A stretch of DNA of 55,573 nucleotides from Nemertoderma westbladi (Eukaryota > Animalia > Xenacoelomorpha): NCBI GenBank assembly GCA_032718475.1, contig JAUCBJ010004679.1:1-55573 (forward strand). The letters run 5' to 3'. Positions 9,918 to 21,422 of this stretch are shown piece after piece. A model generated the notes under the pieces. That model ran no database searches. It was given only the letters and a program-made list of their open reading frames with translations, and was not told the origin of the DNA. Position numbers and translations under genes: made by a program. Each line of letters begins with the position of its first letter. Position 1 is the first letter of the stretch.

Positions 9918-12900
9918 CGAGCGCAAAGAACGAGAAGTGAGAGAGGCAGCGAGGGCGGAGAGAGAAACGAATGAATATAGAGAGCGGGAGGCGAGAGTAG
10001 AGAGCGAGCGTAGAGAGCGGGTGGCGAAAGAGGCAGAGTTGGCGAACCAGAGTTTGCGAGAGGATAGAGAGAGAGAGAGAGAGCGGGAAAGCGCATGCGG
10101 GATGATATGCATGCCCGGTTGAGGGGGCTTATGCAATATCAGGCCAAACAGAAGCGCTGACTGGAACTGGCGCAGTTGGGATTATCTGAGAGTGAGGCTG
10201 GCTCGGGTAGTGTTTACGAGGAGCCAGAGGTAATGGAAACGTTAGTTAATACCCCACTTACAGGGACCGGACGACAGACCCAAGGCTGGTGTAACCATAT
10301 GGGCAGGGGGGGGGGGGGGGGGGGTGGGGGTAATAATAAAATGCTAGAAGGCGTTAATATTAATAGTACGGTAGTAGACAACACTAATCAAACTTTCATT
10401 CCAGGAAATAACGGAAATTTGCCCGACAATAATAATTTAAATCCGAATATCTCTAATTTAAATGCACAAAATAATTCAAATAATAATTTAAACCAAAATA
10501 TGGAAAATAATTCAAATATACAAAGTAATTCGAATAATTTAAATTTAAATACGCAGAGTAATCTAAATAATAATTTTAATTCAAACGAGCAAAATAATCC
10601 GGATTCCAATCCAAATATACAAAATAAATTAAATAATAATCCGAATTCAGCACAAAATAACTCCAATAATTTTAATAATTTGAATAATAATCTTGATAAT
10701 GGTGCTATCAATATAAACGCAGCAGACGTAGGTGGTCCGACCAGCGAGGGCCTGGAAGGCCACGTAGTCAATACGCAGGGAGCAGCGGGGGTGAGTCAAC
10801 CCGACGAGAGTCTGCTAGACCACGCAGCAGCGGTAGAGGGAGAGGCGGGGGTGAATAGACCCGGCCGCAGTAGAAATAGTGCGTCGGCTAGGGAGAGGTG
10901 TAGAAGCGAAGTAAGAGATAGTCAAGTAATAGGTGGCAAGCGGGGGGGGGGGGGGGGGGGGGGGGCACAGGCGCCCCATGACGAGAGATTAGTGGCGAGA
11001 GGGGGGGGGGGGCAGAGAGTGTCCCACGGGCGTCGGCGGATAATGCGCGGGGCGAATTAAATGAACTGCAGCACCCGGCGATGGAGAATAGTAGGGGGAT
11101 TACGAATGTCCCTGGCCGCGTCCGACCGGGTAGAGAGAGGGACGTTGGCGTCATGAGCGGGCGAGCGACGAGACATCGAGCCCAGTCAGAAGAGGGAAGA
11201 AGAACAGTGGAGTTTAACCGGGAGGTCGATGAGAGATCTCACGAGCGGGGACGCTACACTGAAGAGAGAAGAAGAGAAGAGAACAGAAGAAGGGTCGCTA
11301 TGAGTGACCAGAGAGCGAGGATGGATAGCGAGCTGTCGGTAGTAGAGATGGAGTTGGAGAGTCAGTGGGGTCGAACTCCGGGAGATTGCCGTCGCCCCGG
11401 AGAGACACGGCCTGGCGAGATGTACTATACGCCAAGAGAGGGATACAGAACGTACCGGTACAAGGACGAGAACAGGAGAGGGGATCAAGGGGAAACTTCC
11501 AGACGGGATATAGCTGCTGATCGAGAGTATGGTAGTCGCGGGGAGGACTTCTTGGACTATTCGAGAAGGTTAAACTTCGGTCCGGAGGGACACATACAGA
11601 CTGCAGGTCATATTGTAGGCCTTACTGCACATACTATAGGCCATGCTGGGAGAGATAGTGTATGCGATAGGGTAGCTCAGACAACGGGATTAAACCTGGA
11701 AGTCGCGGAGTATATACTGGTAGGTAGGCCAGAAGTGGATAGGCCTATACCGGTACCAGCACAGCAGTATGACTATAACATGCAGGGACATAACATATAT
11801 CCAGGGGAGGGGAGAGTTATTGCGGATAGGTGTATGGGCCCCAATATATTAACATCAACTCCAGTACCAAACATACCACCGGTGGGGGGGGGGGGGGGGG
11901 GGGATAGGGTGACATTCCCCCATTACAATATCAACAATACACTCAAACAGAAATAAGAACATCAAACCCCCTGGACGAGAACAGGTCTTGCGACATGGAA
12001 ATATGGAGGGGGCCGTTACCCCCAATGGTATATCCGATGCAAAGGAAGACAACAGGCCGGACGGGCGGACCGCACCCAATGGGAGAATCTGTACAGCATC
12101 CTTCGAACCCATTGGAAGCACAGGCGATGGGAATGGCTACACTAATCGATGCGCTCAAGACCAGAATTGAGCTACCACCTGTAGAGCCATTTAAATTCGA
12201 CAGAAGTAGGCCGGAAGAATACCTGCAATTTCGGCGCATGTACAGCAACGAGATATTAACTAAGAACCTGACGCAGGCGGAGTGCCTAAAATATCTACAG
12301 GTATATACAGGAGGCCCAGCATACGACATCGTGAGGCAGTATCAGGGCATCGAGGGTGGCTTCACGACTGCATGGCGGGCCCTAGCCAGGGAATACGGGC
12401 AACCAGCCAAGATCATCCGGCAAACCCCGAGGGGTATAACATCGGGTGGCCTACAGGATAACCCTGTTAGCTTAAAGACGTTTGCGAACAAGGTCGAGAA
12501 GGCGTTAATCGTGCTGAAGACACTAGACGCGCCATACGAACTCAATGCATCTAATAATATCACCACGATAGCGCAGGCACTGCCGATCTGGCTGCTCAAT
12601 AAATGGAGAAAGATCGCCTTCTCCACCCGGGAGAAGAAGGGTGCGGAACCGGGCCTAGAAGAAATGTCGAACTTCCTCAACTACGAAGCTGAGTTGATCA
12701 TGGACCCAGTCTATAGCAAGGATAGTCTGGGGAAGGGGCCAAAGACCGAATATAACAGGCCGAAACCAGAACACAACACGGCAAACGCATTGCCAAAACT
12801 TAGACAATCTCTGCCATACGCGGTGACGCAGGGGACTGCTAGTCCACATGTAGCCGGGGGTAGGGCCACACCATGGAGTGGACAGGGGCAAAATAACAAC

Positions 12901-13232
12901 ACAAACAAATATAACCCCAACACACCCAGTAGGCCAAACCCAAACAATAAGAACAGTAGGGAACTAGGTACGAACGAAGTGCGATACGCAGCGCACTGTA
13001 TAGGGATGGCTATAATCCAAACAACAAATGCCAATTGCATTCGAATGCACTTCATCAGACCATGAACTGCAGATATTGGCAAGCATTGCCCAAACAAGAT
13101 CAGGTAGAATATGCAAGGAAGAGTGGAATCTGTCATCGATGTGTGGCGGGCGGACACAATGCTGATCAATGCAAAGAAACACCAATTACGTTCGGTCAAG
13201 GCAAAGGGCAGACAATGGCGACAACACCGTAG
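9918..13232 (+). pseudogene. gag: BEL/Pao gag (frameshifted): Asn-rich and R/E-rich N-terminus, DUF1759-like core, Cys/His knuckles
   Basis: ORFs 10176-11060, 11081-11956, 11995-13065 (LPPVEPFKFD..EEYLQF..LKYLQVYTGGPAYDIV..AWRALAREYG) and 13035-13232 (CHRCVAGGHNADQC). Several frame breaks lie at poly-G runs. Confidence 0.85.
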
Positions 13233-16200
13233 GGGTGAAGAAAAGAGGAACGGTACTACTTGGGCTAGTACCAGTGAGGGTGATTGGAGAAGGCGATCGA
13301 TCAGTAACCACACTGATGCTAGTCGACAGTGGAGCAGCCTTCACATTGGTGGAGAATTGGGTGGCCGAAGAGATAGGACTAAAGACGAGGCCAAGTAGGA
13401 TGGCGGTAACAACCATCTCCAGCAAAGATGAGGTCCTGGAGATGAGGACGGGACGGTGCGAGATAGCAGCGATAGCACCGGGATGCGACTATGGGGCGAC
13501 CATCGACCCCATCCAGGTAATAGAATCGATCAACATCAAGCCAGGCGACCAACCAACATCGAGGTCGAACAATACAGATTCCTGGACAACATCGATTTCT
13601 CAATACCGGAGGTGGACATCAGGAAGGTATCCATCATAGTGGGAATGGATTGCCCAACGGCCCACGAGAGAATGCAAATGGTCTTCGGCGAAGACAGACA
13701 GCGTGACCCGATGGCAATTCTAACACCATTCGGGTGGACGATAAGCGGCCCAATTAAAACCAAGATTCCGTTTAGGATGTCGGAGACATCAGGGTCCATG
13801 TTCGCAGGAACTATGAGGGAGATGGAAGGAGCGGAGGAGCAGCTTAGGAGACTGCTGAGACAGGACTTTGAGGGATTAAAGGAGACCGGGGTCGGAACCT
13901 CGGTAGAGGATAAACAAGCGATACAAAGTGTGAAGGAGTCAATGAGATGCGACGAGGGGCGGTACACCATAGGCATGGTGTGGAAACAACCAAAATTACC
14001 GCTACCGGAGAACAAGGGAGTGGTACTCACGAGGCTTCGTAAACTGAAGCAAACGCTGAAACGGAGCCCCGAGAAGGATGAGTACATCCATAAGACGATA
14101 AAGAAGTATGTCGAGAAAGGATGGGCCGTGGAGTTGCCGGTCGACGAACTGAACACGGACAGGACCTACTACCTGCCTCTTCATGTGGCTTTAGATCCAA
14201 AGAAAGGTAAATTGCGGATGGTAGTTGACGCATCGGCTAAAACCTACGGCAAGTGCCTAAACGACTATCTGCTGGAGGGCCCCAATATCTATAACTCGGG
14301 AATCGAGGTCCTACTGAGATTTAGAAATGGGAGACACGCCTTCACCTGCGACATTGAAGGCATGTTCAACCAAGTCCGTGTGACGGAGGAGGATAGCGAC
14401 AGCCAGCGCTTCCTATGGTACAACGGCGATGAGGAACCGTCGAAAATACCGATGTACAAGATGGTGGTGCAGAACATGGGGGCCAAGTCGTCCTCATTCA
14501 CGACGACTGTGGCTGTAAGATATACAGTAGAGGGGAAAGAAGGGAAGTATAGTGCCAAAGCGGTCGATATGAATCGACGCGGCTTCTATGTAGACGACAG
14601 AATGGAGTCTGGGAACACGGTTAAAGAACTACTGGATACAGGGCGCGAGGTTCTCGACATCCTGAAGGGATCCGGGTTTAACCTGACCAAGTTCCAATCC
14701 AGCTCAGAGGAGTTTATGAAAGCCATAGAGGACAGACGGCCAGAGTCGACCATGGATAACCCCATAACAGCCAAGGGACAGGACATGGGGAGCAAGAGAG
14801 CGGAGTCTCAGCAGAAGGCACTGGGGATCGTGTGGAACCGGGAGACAGACGAGTTCAAGTACCAACTGAGCCAGGAGGGCGCGGACATCCACACAAAGAG
14901 GGGCTATGTATCGTACATAGCAAGGATATACAATCCCCTAGGCCTAGCATCCTCACTGTTAGTCATGGGGAAACAGATACTTAAGAAAGTTTATAAGTTA
15001 AAGGACGAGTGGGATACAGAAATCAGCAAGCAGTGGAGTAAGTGGACAGGGAGTTTAGAACAGATGGGGACGTACGCGTGTATTTCCCAGATGGGGACAT
15101 GACGGATCTGGACCTATACATGTTCTCCGATGCATCATTGGAAGCATATGGAGCGGCACTCTACGTTGTACAACGAAAGGGGGCTCATAAGCCCAGACTT
15201 GCATTCAGCAAAGCAAAGTGAACGCCGCCAGATTTAGCATCGGTCCCGAAACTCGAGTTGACAGCTGCAAGATTAGGAGTAAGGGCCACAGCCTACTTGA
15301 TCGACACTATTCCCAACATAGTGGAAACGCACTACTGGACGGACTCCATGGTAGTGCTTGGATGGCTGCACAATGAGAAGACGAGATACCCTATATTCGT
15401 CGCAAATAGGGTGGACGAAATAAGGGCGACGACAGGCTTGGAAAGGTGGCACTACTGCCCAACAGACGAGAACCCAGCAGACTTGTTATCGAGGGGCGTG
15501 GCACACCACACTTTCTCAAAGAAGGAAGTGTTGTGGCAGCACGGGCCACACTTCCTGAACGATAGGTCGGCCTGGCTACCAATGAAGAAGGTGGACCCGG
15601 GCTCAGAGGAAGTAGCACCAGGGGAAGAGGGAGAAGACTCAGAAGGTGAAGAGATATATAGTCAGATGGTGAGGGAAATCAAGGGGGTGCAACCAAAATT
15701 AGAACAGCCATGCGACAACCCGATGGATAGGCTTCTCAGCTACAGCTCAAGCTGGTACAAGACCAAGAAGTTGGTGGCGTACTGGAGGGCCTTCGGGGAT
15801 TTCCTCAAGGGAGTTGGCAAGGACGCCAAGAGGAAACCAAACATCGATCTGGAGGGAGCGGCTAAGGCCGTGATACGGTACGAACAGAGAAAGAACTACG
15901 GCGACGAAGTGGAACGCGTCAGCAAACAACAACACCTTCATTGGGACAGCGAGCTCATCACGCTGTCACCACAACTCAATGATGACGGGATTCTGGTGAT
16001 GAATTCCAGAGTGCTGAATAACAACAGCCTCATCATCCCACCAAAACCCATTATCATCCCAAACAGGTCGCCAATAGTCCACCAGATCATTTGGGACTCC
16101 CACAAGTCAATATTGCACAGAGGCACCAACCAGACCCTCAAGGAGATACGGAGGACCTTCTGGATCACGCAGCTAAGAAAGAAGGTGAAGGCGGTAGTGG

Positions 16201-17179
16201 GGCAGTGCCAGACCTGCCGACGGACGAGAAAGGAGCGGGCCGTACAGGAGATGGCGCCATTAGGGTGAGACAGTATGACCCGCCATTCACACACTGCGGT
16301 GTAGATATGTTCGGGCCGATAAAGATCAAGGTGATCGACACACGGAGAAACACTACGGCATCATCTTCGTATGTAACAACACGAGGGCGGTGGAATAGAA
16401 CTCGCCCAAGACGCTACCGCATCGGCATTCATCAATGCCCTAGAGAGATTCAGAGACCGCAAAGGTGGGACGATCGCAGTGATCTATTCCGACAATGGAA
16501 CCAACTTTGTGGGGGCAGAGAATGAGCTGGCGGAGGTCTTGGGCATCCTGGAAGGAGAAGAAGTCAGGGCAGCCATGAGGAGATGACAGGTGAAGTGGGA
16601 AAGGAGGACGCCATATGCTCCGCATACTTTAGGATGCGTCGAGAGACTCGTGGGTAGTTACAAGCGTCTGATGACGAAGTTGATTAACACCCACATGGTG
16701 ACAGAGGATATACTAAGGACGGTGCTAGCTAAGTGCAAGGGTATCATCAATAGCAGACCGCTATATCCAGAAAATAACGACCCAGAATCATTAGATATGC
16801 TAACACCCAGCCATTTTCTGATGGAAAGGCCGGCGACCAGATGTTAGAGATACACTCCCGACAGAGTTGGAAAGTCGCCAAGGCGATAAGCGCAGAGTAC
16901 TGGAGGAGGTGGGTCGAGGAATATCAACCCACATTACATAGGAGGAGCAAGTGGAGAAATACCACCAGAGAGTTAAAGAAAGGTGATTTAGTGATTGTCA
17001 CGGATGACACAATCATCAACAGTCAGTGGAGGCTAGCAAGAGTAGTAGACACTTACTCCGATGAGGACGGAAGAGTCCGATCGGTGGAAGTGCGGATAGG
17101 GGGTAAGATAGAAGCGAAAGATAGGAAGACCTACAGGAGGGCTGTAGGTAAATGTTGCCTGCTAGAAGGGGCACCATAG
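13169..17179 (+). pseudogene. pol: BEL/Pao protease-RT-RNase H-integrase, disrupted by frameshifts and stops
   Basis: LVDSGA protease; YLPLH..KLRMVVDASAK..CLNDYLLEGP..RFR..CDIEGMFNQV..FYVDD RT; FSDAS..ELTAA..WTDS..ENPADLLSRG RNase H; H..H..CQTC zinc domain and CGVDMFGP..SDNGTNF..ERLV integrase; YWRRWVEEY..KGDLV..WRLARV C-terminal domain. Confidence 0.93.
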
Positions 17180-17339
17180 AGTTTAGTCGTCCAAGTGTTG
17201 GACTGAGGGGGGTGGGATTGAGGGCGAGATGCCCTTCCCACAAAAAATATAAAAAATAATAAAAATAATAAAATAATAGAAAGAAAGTAAGAGAAAGGAA
17301 AGCAACAGTACATAGTATGTAGTAGTAAGTAAGTAGGCA

Positions 17340-17745
17340 GATAAGAGTTAGTAGTAAGAGGGTACATAGTACCGTTAGTAAGAGTTAGTAAGAGTTAGTA
17401 GTAAGAGGGTACGTAGTACCGTTAGTAAGAGTTAGTAGTAAGAGGGTACGTAGTACCGCTAGTAAGAGTTAGTAAGAGTCAGTAGTAAGAGGGTACGTAG
17501 TACCGTTAGTGGAGTTAGTAAGAGTTAGTAGTAAGAGGGTACGTAGTACCGTTAGTGGAGTTAGTAAGAGTTAGTAGTAAGAGGGTACGTAGTACCGTTA
17601 GTGGAGTTAGTTAGTAGTAAGAGGGTACGTAGTACCGTTAGAGGAGTCAGTTAGAGAGTAAGAGGGTACGTAGTACCATTAGTTAGAGAGTTAGTAAGAG
17701 TTAGGGAATTAGTGGAGTTAGAGAGTTAGTAGGGTTAGTAGTAAG
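17340..17745 (+). repeat. Purine-rich tandem array in the 3' region of A1
   Basis: About 8 units of 34-44 bp of (gttagtaaga)n-gttagtagtaagagggtacgtagtacc, each containing ggtac-gta-gtacc. Confidence 0.85.
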
Positions 17746-18250
17746 AAGTGAGAGGGGGGCATGTGGGTACAACAGGACAGACTGTGTAGGCCGCACGGGA
17801 CATACTACTGTACTGCACAGCCCGTAGAGTAGGTCAGAATGTTTGATACAGGGCCAGGAGGTTACCTGGTGCAGACTAGCACAGTAAGGAATTGCTAGTC
17901 TATCCTGTATACAAACCATAGGGGTTATTTAAATAAATAATCCATTATAAGTATTGATAGCACAGTAATAGAGTTAAAATCAATATTAAAATTAAAATTC
18001 AACAAATTATAGCAACAGTAGGCAGAAAATCCTATAAAAGAATAACATAATAAAAGTAACTGACAGATTTAGGGAATTTAGGGAAATTTAGCACTTTAAG
18101 GGGTAAATAGGCAAATGCAGCAACAAAACCTAGCGTTCTGAGGGAGATAGGCCATTATCGGACCACACAGACCATCCTAACTACATCACTCACCTATATT
18201 GAGCCTTGGCAAGGCACCACCTTATAGGTGAGCGATCGGGAGCGTTCGAA

Positions 18251-20665
18251 ATGGCGGAGAGACTTGTCAGAAAGAGAAATGCGGAAATGGGTGGAAAGGA
18301 GATACTAGTAGATTTCACCGAGAGGCATCCGGAGGAGAAGACGAGGGGATACTACGAGCGGTTAGAGAATGGTCACAAGGCGCGAGCGCTGCAGGACCAT
18401 TTCAGGGAGGTGCACGAGAGGCGGCTGGTTGGGACCTACGGGACGCCGTCGCTAGACAACGCGATCCTTGAGCATTTCCACTATGTGGTGAAGGGAGACA
18501 AGGCGAAGTTCGGGATACCAAAGTATCTGAGGGAACCACCGAAAAAGGACTGGAAGAGGTTTGTAGAGTCCGTCAGCAGGGGGGGATACATGGTCCTGGA
18601 CGACGAAGGGACCGTGGAAGACGACGAGGGTTCGAGGAGAGGGTCGGCGGGGTCGGCCAGAACCATACTTCTGCATTTGGCTGCGCCAAATGGGGACACA
18701 TTCCTGTTTGATCTGGGAACGTATGGGAAGAAGAGCGGGCCGAAGTTGAACCAGTTGCCAAGGGTGGTGCAGAACGTAGTAAGGGAGAAGTCGACGATGA
18801 AGGTGGGATCGGCGATCCGCGACGATGCGGAGAGGATCATCGGTCCGGAGACCCCCAACCTCCTGGACATGCAAACGGTCTACATGGCTATGACAGGGCC
18901 AGCAGGGTTGGGACTAGTAGAGAACACAGGACATTGTGGAGCGGTGGTGATGGGCCAGCTGATGGGGCTCGTCTGCCACAAGCCGATGGACTGGAGTAAA
19001 TTCAGGGAGGAGTACGGAGCGGACTTGGCAAACTCGCTGAAGTGGGGAGCGAGGCCAGGGAAACAGGAGGTGTATCAATTCTGGAGAGGAGCGATAAAGA
19101 TATATCAGAAGCGATATATCCTGTAGGAGGATTGGATGATGATAGGTTTACTAAACCTATTCATGGCCGTGGGAGGGAGGTGGATGGGGAGGTGGATACA
19201 CCATATCAGAGGTGGGAGAAGCTGGAGGCAGATAGACAAGAGGAGAAGCGATTGGAAGAAATCGCTAGACGAGAAAGGAGGGAGGCAGACGAAAGAGAGG
19301 CGGAAGCTAGGGTTCGAGGCCCAGGCCTTGGACGATTTGCAGTGGGCATCAGGGAGCTCAGGCGAGTCCCTGGGGCAAGAGTTGGGATGGACGGGAGGAT
19401 CGCCGAAACAGTCGACATCGGGATTGCAGGCGACGCCCATGCCAGCGGGCGCCGAGGGCGATTTCGCGAAGAAAAGACCAGGGGAACGGGAAGGATGGAA
19501 AGTCACGGGCGAGAGCCAAGGTGGGAAGGGATACAGTGGGTCTACCGGGATACCGGGTTTGGAACCACTCCCAGCGGAGGACGAGGATGACGACGAGTTC
19601 GGGGAGATGCCGCCCATCGGGAGAATCGGCCACTCAGACACGGACTGGGTTGGCGGGAGAGTGGTGACGGCCAGCGGGGCGAGGGCCTTCTGGGATAAAC
19701 CCGGCAAGTGGGCCTGGGTGCATGAGGAGCCGGCGATGGATTTCGCGGGGAGCACCATCAGGTTGGGTGAGCAACCGGGAACGGCACCACGGGTAGTGTT
19801 CGGAGAGACGATGCCGAGGTGAGACGAGGACATAGATATGGACAGAGACGTTAACGTCCAGAAGTTTGCTTACCAGCGGCTCCATAGACCGAGGAGGTCG
19901 CTTGGGGCAAAGGACGACTTGGGGTGGGATGCGTTGGTACTCAGCTGCGATTACTGCGGGAGGCTTACTCACCAGGAAAGGAGCTGCTTGTATCGATTCC
20001 AGAAGGGGACGAGCTGCCTCTACTGCCGCGAGTTGAGTCACAGGATGGGGGCGTGTCCACGGTTGCACAACCGGTGTTCTAAGTGCAACTTTCGGGGGCA
20101 CTATGGACGCCAGTGCGACTGGATGGATGACGAGGAGAAGTTTAAGATCTTCGAGGAGTGGGCCGATGTCGGCGTCATGACGCGGCAGCGAATGAAGGCC
20201 CTGGAATTCCGGTGGGGTTTCTTTAATATTAACCAGGAGGCCCACCTGGAAATCATTAAACTGAGACTTCCGTTTACTTATCAAGAAGTAGCAACGGCGG
20301 CATCGTATGCTGGAGTGATGAATACGCAGAGGTATTTAGATAAATGGGCGCCAGAGAACCGGGGAGAGTTCAGAGATTTCCTGGCGGAGCATGTGCCGCG
20401 GGCCATGAAGTTGATCTTATGGGATGCTACTAGGGGAAAGCAGCAGGGGCATTCGGAGGGGCCACCTGCGAAGCGATACCGGGAGCTAATAACACCAGCG
20501 CCCAAGGAATCGACCACGGGAATCAGTAGGGAAGTAACGGCAAGGATGAGGGACCTTAAGGGGGACAAGAGCAAGGGAGCGGTGTCAACCAGGAAGCGAC
20601 CGAGACAGAACGACAACAGAGGAAAGGAACTGAGATGGTTCCCAAAGACGGGAGGAGCAGAGTAG
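18251..20665 (+). pseudogene. Extra ORF of A1: DEDD (WRN/EXD/RNase D-like) 3'-5' exonuclease, charged linker and three CCHC zinc knuckles; interrupted by stops
   Basis: ORFs 18206-19126, 19136-19822 and 19838-20665 share one frame, broken by single stops. Exo I VLDDEG, LLHLAAPNGDTFLFDL, LPRVVQNVVREKSTM, Exo II KVGSAIRDD, LLDMQ, Exo III-like IKIYQKRYIL*ED. Three exact C-x2-C-x4-H-x4-C motifs at 19946-20116. Confidence 0.75.
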
Positions 20666-21413
20666 GACTCGGAGGGGAGATGTGGGGATGCCTGGAAGGC
20701 ACCACATGCGAAGTAATACGAACTTCTAAGTGCAAATTTAATAAAAGTGCAATTAGTATGTACGTATGTAGTAATCGATAGAATATAATCATATAATCAA
20801 TACAATCAATATAATCAAAGTAAGTACTATAGTCATGTAACCTTTTTCCAACTAGCTAGTGGGACTGGGGACCAACTGACTATGACAGGACGGGACACTA
20901 GTCGACTCACACTTCTTGAGTGCGACGGCACGAGAGGGGAGGGTGAGGCTCGTCAGGAGTGAGTGGAGCGGAACGAGTAGGGGTTGAGTACAGGAATGCA
21001 GGGGAGATAGTGAGAGGTGTGTTGATGCGTGTGGAGAGAAAACGGGTGCGATTCAAATGTGGGGGGGGGGGGGGGGGGCGAGGAGTAAGAGGCAGAGTGA
21101 GGGACAAAGAGGTCCGAAAGTAGAGTGGAGTTAGAGTGGAACTAGAGAAGTCAGAGTCAGTGCAGGGTAGAGTGGAGATATAAAATTGTGTGAGATGAGT
21201 CCACAATTGTCTCGAACCGAGACGCCAGATGTCTTGGTGCAACATAGGTTGGGGTTGCACCAAGAGGGGGTAGCAACATCATCCCCAGAGGGAGCAGCCT
21301 GGAAAGCCGACTCCAAGAAAAGAACTCCACCCCACACCCGATAGTAGTTCGGGTTCCAGCGGAATTGAAGCGCACTTATGGGTGATGCTATCTTCTCACC
21401 GGGAAGATAGCAT

Positions 21414-21422
21414 GGGGGGGAG
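21414..21422 (+). promoter_or_regulatory. Polypurine tract of A1
   Basis: gggggggag immediately before the LTR TGT; same arrangement in A2 (44352-44359). Confidence 0.8.

Noticed and set aside
19946-20116. Nanos-type zinc finger (CPRL..C..C resemblance)
   Set aside because: Spacing is C-x2-C-x4-H-x4-C three times, i.e. retroviral-type knuckles, not Nanos spacing.
18251-20665. env gene interpretation of the extra ORF
   Set aside because: No signal peptide, transmembrane anchor or Cys pattern of a fusion glycoprotein; the motifs fit an exonuclease and zinc knuckles.
10388-20792. Numerous antisense and alternative-frame ORFs over A1 (and over A2 and the CRE element)
   Set aside because: Shadow ORFs expected in GC-rich or low-complexity coding DNA; no independent motifs.
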